From a virus (lineage: Duplodnaviria > Caudoviricetes), in the IMG/VR virus record IMGVR_UViG_3300048574_000080, positions 1-56,698 of that record: a DNA stretch of 56,698 nucleotides, one strand, 5' to 3'. The notes under the pieces are model-generated. The model ran no database searches, was not told where the DNA came from, and worked only from the letters and a program-made list of their open reading frames with translations. Positions 53,648 to 56,698 of this stretch are shown here, one piece after another. Each line of letters opens with the position of its first letter. The first letter of the stretch is position 1. The position numbers were made by a program, and so were the translations under genes.

Positions 53648-54766
53648 CTACTGATGTGTAAATTCAGCCCAGCCCAGGTTCTTGCCTGCACTGGCCCCAC
53701 TGGGCACCGGATAGGATGTGCCATACAACGCATTGATCACGGCAGGCTGCCAGCTGTCGTCGCCGCTCGGCGGCCACTTGGCGACATCATAGGCCCACTT
53801 GACGGAGCGCAGGTGCGCCTGGTCGCACCAGGACTTGGCAGGCAGGCCTGCGTTTTCTAGCACCTGGATCGTTGCCGTGATGCCCTGTTCCGCCTCCCAG
53901 TAGTAGTCCGTCTTGCCCGGTGGCCACGTAAAGCCCCCGGCCCGGCGCAGCTCCTCGGGCAGGGAACCATCGACGGGATGGCCTTGGATGGTAGCACCCT
54001 TGGGATTGATGCCAACGGGGTGCGCGGGGTCGCTCTGCCAGTCGAGTTCGCCATAGGTAAAGCCGCTGTAGGCGGCCCGATCACCCAGGAAGCCTTTGAA
54101 CACCTGGACGGCGCGGGCCAGCTCGGCATCGTCGCCGATGTAGCGGGCGATCATCACGCGGGCGCAGCTGGCGTGCGTGCCCCAGTTGTTGGGCCGCTGC
54201 TCTTGCGATTTGACCAACGATGCGGGACCGCCGCCCGATGTGGGACAGGTCAGGAAGTAGCGCAGCTTGTCGCTGAAAGCGGCGTCCAGGTCAGGATCAA
54301 CCATCCACAGTTCGATGCCTTCGGCGGCGGCGATGTAGCCGGGCACTTCACGCGCGAGAGCCAGCGCACGGCCGATCTTGAGTGAAGGGCTGACGATGGC
54401 GCGCAGGCCGGCGAGGACACGATTCAGGAAGAAGGTATCTCCAGTGCAGGCGTAGACGTAGGCGTTGGCCTGCATGTTGGTGTTGTGCTTGGAGTCCTGA
54501 TTCTCTACGCTGGGCGTGCCGGGGTCCGCCTTCGCAGCTTTGAACATGGCTTCCCAGGCGGGGCCGCTCTGCGTCTTCTTGCGCAGCGCCTCCACGTCCA
54601 CCCAGATGCAACCGGCCGGCACAGGCTCAGGGTCGGGATCTGGAGGAGGCGGCGGTGGGGGTGGAGGTGGTGGCGGGTCCGTCACCGTGACGATCTCCAG
54701 CGGGTCGCCCAACTCGGACGCAATGACGATCTTCCCATCGATACTGGTTACTGTAACCTTGGTCAT
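53648..54766 (-). CDS. Alginate-lyase-like protein, copy 2
   Basis: Poly-Pro linker; RALALARE, RPNNWGTHA, PEELRR. Confidence 0.55.
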   Translation of the reverse strand: MTKVTVTSIDGKIVIASELGDPLEIVTVTDPPPPPPPPPPPPDPDPEPVPAGCIWVDVEALRKKTQSGPAWEAMFKAAKADPGTPSVENQDSKHNTNMQANAYVYACTGDTFFLNRVLAGLRAIVSPSLKIGRALALAREVPGYIAAAEGIELWMVDPDLDAAFSDKLRYFLTCPTSGGGPASLVKSQEQRPNNWGTHASCARVMIARYIGDDAELARAVQVFKGFLGDRAAYSGFTYGELDWQSDPAHPVGINPKGATIQGHPVDGSLPEELRRAGGFTWPPGKTDYYWEAEQGITATIQVLENAGLPAKSWCDQAHLRSVKWAYDVAKWPPSGDDSWQPAVINALYGTSYPVPSGASAGKNLGWAEFTHQ

Positions 54767-54803
54767 CTTGTTGTCTCCTGGTAAGGCTTACGTGTATCCG
54801 TTG

Positions 54804-55019
54804 TCACCTGTTGCGCCGTCTCGACTGCGCGGCCATCCTACGGCGCTGTTTGGACTGGCCGCGATTGTGGTTCTTGGTGATGCCTGCGCGGGTATGGGTC
54901 TTTGGGGTGAGAGGTTCGGCGACGTCTATGTCCGTCTTGCCGGCGGTGAGGGTCTGCCCTTCGATGGTCTGCGCCAGTGAAACCGGTGAAGTGGCGGCGG
55001 CAAGTTGTTGTTCCTGCAT
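54804..55019 (-). CDS. Small basic hypothetical protein
   Basis: GGGAG upstream; RRRMAAQSRRRNR tail. Confidence 0.5.
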   Translation of the reverse strand: MQEQQLAAATSPVSLAQTIEGQTLTAGKTDIDVAEPLTPKTHTRAGITKNHNRGQSKQRRRMAAQSRRRNR

Positions 55020-55126
55020 GGATGATGCATCTCCCGATACTATCTAACACTTACAAAAATACTTATGTTCAATCGTATCACTGTGAGTGAATAAACTCAA
55101 TCCCCTACTTAGTAGCTGTGTTGTGT

Positions 55127-55166
55127 AAGAAAAAGAAAACCGAGAGCATCGCGCTCCCGGTTTCTT
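55127..55166 (-). terminator. Rho-independent terminator closing the pentamer-array transcript
   Basis: AAGAAACCGGGAGC-GCGAT-GCTCTCGGTTTTCTT-TTTCTT. Confidence 0.85.
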
Positions 55167-55170
55167 ACTG

Positions 55171-55258
55171 CCCTCGCCTAGCCGTGCCACACCAAGCCAA
55201 GCCTGGCCTCGCCACGCATTGCCAAGCCGTGCCGAGCCTAGCCTAGCCATGCACAGCC
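55171..55258 (-). ncRNA. GGY-NN pentamer array 3 (17 units), candidate guide RNA
   Basis: Strict 5-nt phase; constant GGC (GGT/TGC variants); ends GGG-CA. Confidence 0.75.
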
Positions 55259-55260
55259 AA

Positions 55261-55304
55261 TCGTGGTGGGCGGAGTCGAACCGCCCCACAGACCATCGCC
55301 ACGA
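55261..55304 (-). ncRNA. tRNA-like minihelix spacer 2
   Basis: TCGTGG/CCACGA closing stem, ATGGT linker, GGGCGG-TTCGACT-CCGCCC T-arm. Confidence 0.7.
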
Positions 55305-55309
55305 AACTA

Positions 55310-55407
55310 CCCTTGCAATGCCTTGCCAAGCCCTGCCGAGCCCAGCCACGCCGCACCCAGCCGGGCCGAGCCCCGACTCGCCCTGCCGTGCCCCGACTTG
55401 CCCTGCC
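55310..55407 (-). ncRNA. GGY-NN pentamer array 2 (19 units), candidate guide RNA
   Basis: Strict 5-nt phase; GGC (GGT/GTC/TGC variants); ends AA-GGG-TA. Confidence 0.75.
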
Positions 55408-55409
55408 AA

Positions 55410-55454
55410 AACGGCGGGCGGGAATCGAACCCACCCAATGCACCATGCGCCGTT
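55410..55454 (-). ncRNA. tRNA-like minihelix spacer 1
   Basis: AACGGC/GCCGTT closing stem, ATGGT linker, GGGTGGG-TTCGATT-CCCGCCC T-arm. Confidence 0.7.
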
Positions 55455-55460
55455 GTGGTA

Positions 55461-55543
55461 CCCTTGCCTTGCCTTGCCGGGCCCAGCCAGGCCGCTCCCG
55501 GCCTCGCCTTGCCTTGCCCCGCCACGCTCTGCCTGGCCGCGCC
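55461..55543 (-). ncRNA. GGY-NN pentamer array 1 (16 units), candidate guide RNA
   Basis: Begins 1 nt after the RAMP-like stop codon; strict 5-nt phase; ends AA-GGG-TA. Confidence 0.75.
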
Positions 55544-55544
55544 G

Positions 55545-56099
55545 CTAAATATCGAAACCAGACAACTGGTACCGACCATACATGGGGCGAAACGTGCCTA
55601 GCCCCAACGTGCCGCCCATGTCGAATGCCTGCCGCAAGTTCTCCAGTGTGCAGAACTTGTTTTCGATATACTCGACAGTGAAGTCAAGCCGCCAAGGGAG
55701 CGCCAGAACCGGACGCTCCTTTGGGTTAGGGATACCGCCCTTGACGCGGGCGACATGCTTGGCTTGGCTGATCTGCCCGTTCCAGCCAGTGAAACGGATC
55801 GGGCCGCTGTCGTCACGAATGGGAATATCGAACGGGTCGATCGCCGTGTAGCTGCTAATCCCCAAGGCGATCGTCTTGCCGTTCCTCCCGAAGAACTGGC
55901 GGCACACTGACTTGGTGTTCTCCGCTACGAGCAACGAAAGAATATTTAGGGCGGGCATCATGAGCGCCCCATCCTTGCCGAGATACATCTTCTCCGCTAC
56001 GGGCAACTGTGTGTTGTTGTCGCCCGCGTACCGGTCGAACATCAAAGGGCGAAGCCCCTCCAACCGCACCGTAATAATCGTTTTGTCCTGCATTGCCAT
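55545..56099 (-). CDS. Stand-alone RAMP/Cas7-like protein (184 aa)
   Basis: AAGGAG RBS; ITVRLEGLRPLMF, YLGKDGALMMPALNI, ERPVLALPWRLDFTVEY, C-terminal Gly-rich loop GGTLGLGTFRPMYGRY. Confidence 0.75.
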   Translation of the reverse strand: MAMQDKTIITVRLEGLRPLMFDRYAGDNNTQLPVAEKMYLGKDGALMMPALNILSLLVAENTKSVCRQFFGRNGKTIALGISSYTAIDPFDIPIRDDSGPIRFTGWNGQISQAKHVARVKGGIPNPKERPVLALPWRLDFTVEYIENKFCTLENLRQAFDMGGTLGLGTFRPMYGRYQLSGFDI

Positions 56100-56343
56100 T
56101 GTCAAACTCCTTTGCCTTGTCAGGCGGAATCTCGAACCACTCAGCGCCGCCATCCGTCCTATACTGCCAGTATCGGCGGTGTAAGTCGGCTTCTGTCGCT
56201 TCGTTGCCCTCGACTGTCGCAACCACCTCAAGCCGACGCGGGCAGGCTGTTTGTAATTCAGCCAGCCGCCAAAGAACATCCTCCCGCGAGGTGTAGCCTA
56301 TCTTGTAATAGTCTGTCCCTGCCATCCTCAAGAAGTAGACCAT
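55855..56343 (-). CDS. T5orf172/MUG113-type GIY-YIG-like protein
   Basis: VYFL...YKIGYT...RLAELQTACP...EADLH...EWFEI; GAGG RBS; C-terminal half overlaps the RAMP-like gene. Confidence 0.8.
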   Translation of the reverse strand: MVYFLRMAGTDYYKIGYTSREDVLWRLAELQTACPRRLEVVATVEGNEATEADLHRRYWQYRTDGGAEWFEIPPDKAKEFDNGNAGQNDYYGAVGGASPFDVRPVRGRQQHTVARSGEDVSRQGWGAHDARPKYSFVARSGEHQVSVPPVLREERQDDRLGD

Positions 56344-56358
56344 GCCTCACCAATGCGC

Positions 56359-56482
56359 AAAACCCACCCAGTAACCTCGTTTGGTTGCGACACGCAAACG
56401 GGACGGCTTACGCCGGGTTACTGGGTGGGTTTTAGGTCCAAACTAGGCAATCAAAAAGCCGCCCTATCGTTTACGTGTCGCA
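56359..56482 (-). ncRNA. C4-antisense-like structured leader with upstream complementary sites
   Basis: 18-bp perfect stem enclosing two hairpins; internal CGTGTCGCA and AAGCCGTCC pair with 5' TGCGACACG and GGGCGGCTT. Confidence 0.6.
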
Positions 56483-56487
56483 TCTGT

Positions 56488-56530
56488 AGTATACAACATG
56501 AGGTGATATTTTTCAACTTAAATATCACTT
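56488..56530 (-). promoter_or_regulatory. Sigma70-type promoter with overlapping operator-like inverted repeat
   Basis: TTGAAA-17 nt-TATACT; AGGTGATATT-N10-AATATCACTT straddles the -35 box. Confidence 0.75.
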
Positions 56531-56559
56531 ATGGTGAAGTTTTTGTGCACCGGGAACGC

Positions 56560-56685
56560 GAAGAGGGGAAGCTTTCGCCTCCCCTCTTTCGCCACTTTCG
56601 CCTTACGCCTATGAAACCGGACTGCGCCGTACCCGATCAGTTGGGACTCGGTGCGTCCACGTATCGATCTACTTCAACCCAGCCC
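56560..56685. repeat. Terminal direct repeat, right copy
   Basis: Identical to 1-126. Confidence 0.95.
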
Positions 56686-56698
56686 CCCCCCCCCCGGG

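Noticed and set aside
55050-55075. LexA-like boxes here (GAACATAAGTAT) and near 40010
   Set aside because: Two or more mismatches to GAAC-N4-GTTC; not supportable.
55261-55454. Bona fide tRNA genes
   Set aside because: Only about 45 nt each, with no anticodon arm or full D-arm; treated as tRNA mimics.
55171-55543. Canonical CRISPR array or simple microsatellite
   Set aside because: No 25-40-nt direct repeats with spacers. The NN positions are too diverse and tract lengths too uniform for slippage repeats.
55044-55681. Short ORFs across the pentamer arrays (ARLG/AWLG/PCRA-type repeats)
   Set aside because: 5-nt periodicity creates open 5-aa-periodic frames on both strands. They have no clear RBS and run through hairpins and the terminator, so the region is better read as non-coding RNA.

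Overview
The window is an apparently complete, circularly assembled high-GC tailed-phage genome of about 56.56 kb; bases 1-126 recur at 56560-56685. It looks siphovirus-like. A Chloroflexota host is only weakly suggested. Layout: a leftward early arm (SNF2-methyltransferase fusion, DinG helicase, small ORFs) and a divergent control region at 10.4-11.5 kb. Then comes a rightward replication/accessory arm (primase-polymerase/helicase, iteron origin, RusA, Dcd, membrane proteins) and a leftward late arm (holin-like, terminase, portal, protease-capsid fusion, tail, tape measure, fibres). The most notable locus is 55127-56530 on the minus strand. A sigma70 promoter and a C4-like structured leader drive a T5orf172/GIY-YIG-like gene and a stand-alone ~184-aa RAMP/Cas7-like gene. 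Directly after its stop codon lie three arrays of 16, 19 and 17 GGY-NN pentamers, separated by two ~45-nt tRNA-like T-loop minihelices and closed by a terminator. I read this as a candidate phage-encoded RNA-guided system whose guide information lies in the variable dinucleotides. From memory, unverified, it resembles recently described VIPR-type systems. Also notable: the only lysogeny gene is an in-frame chimera of an XRE repressor N-terminus and a serine-integrase C-terminus next to an attP-like palindrome; a membrane-anchored CHAT protease; two alginate-lyase-like paralogues with no recognisable endolysin; and a +1 frameshift-type tail chaperone site. All protein calls come from motif recognition by eye, with no database searches.
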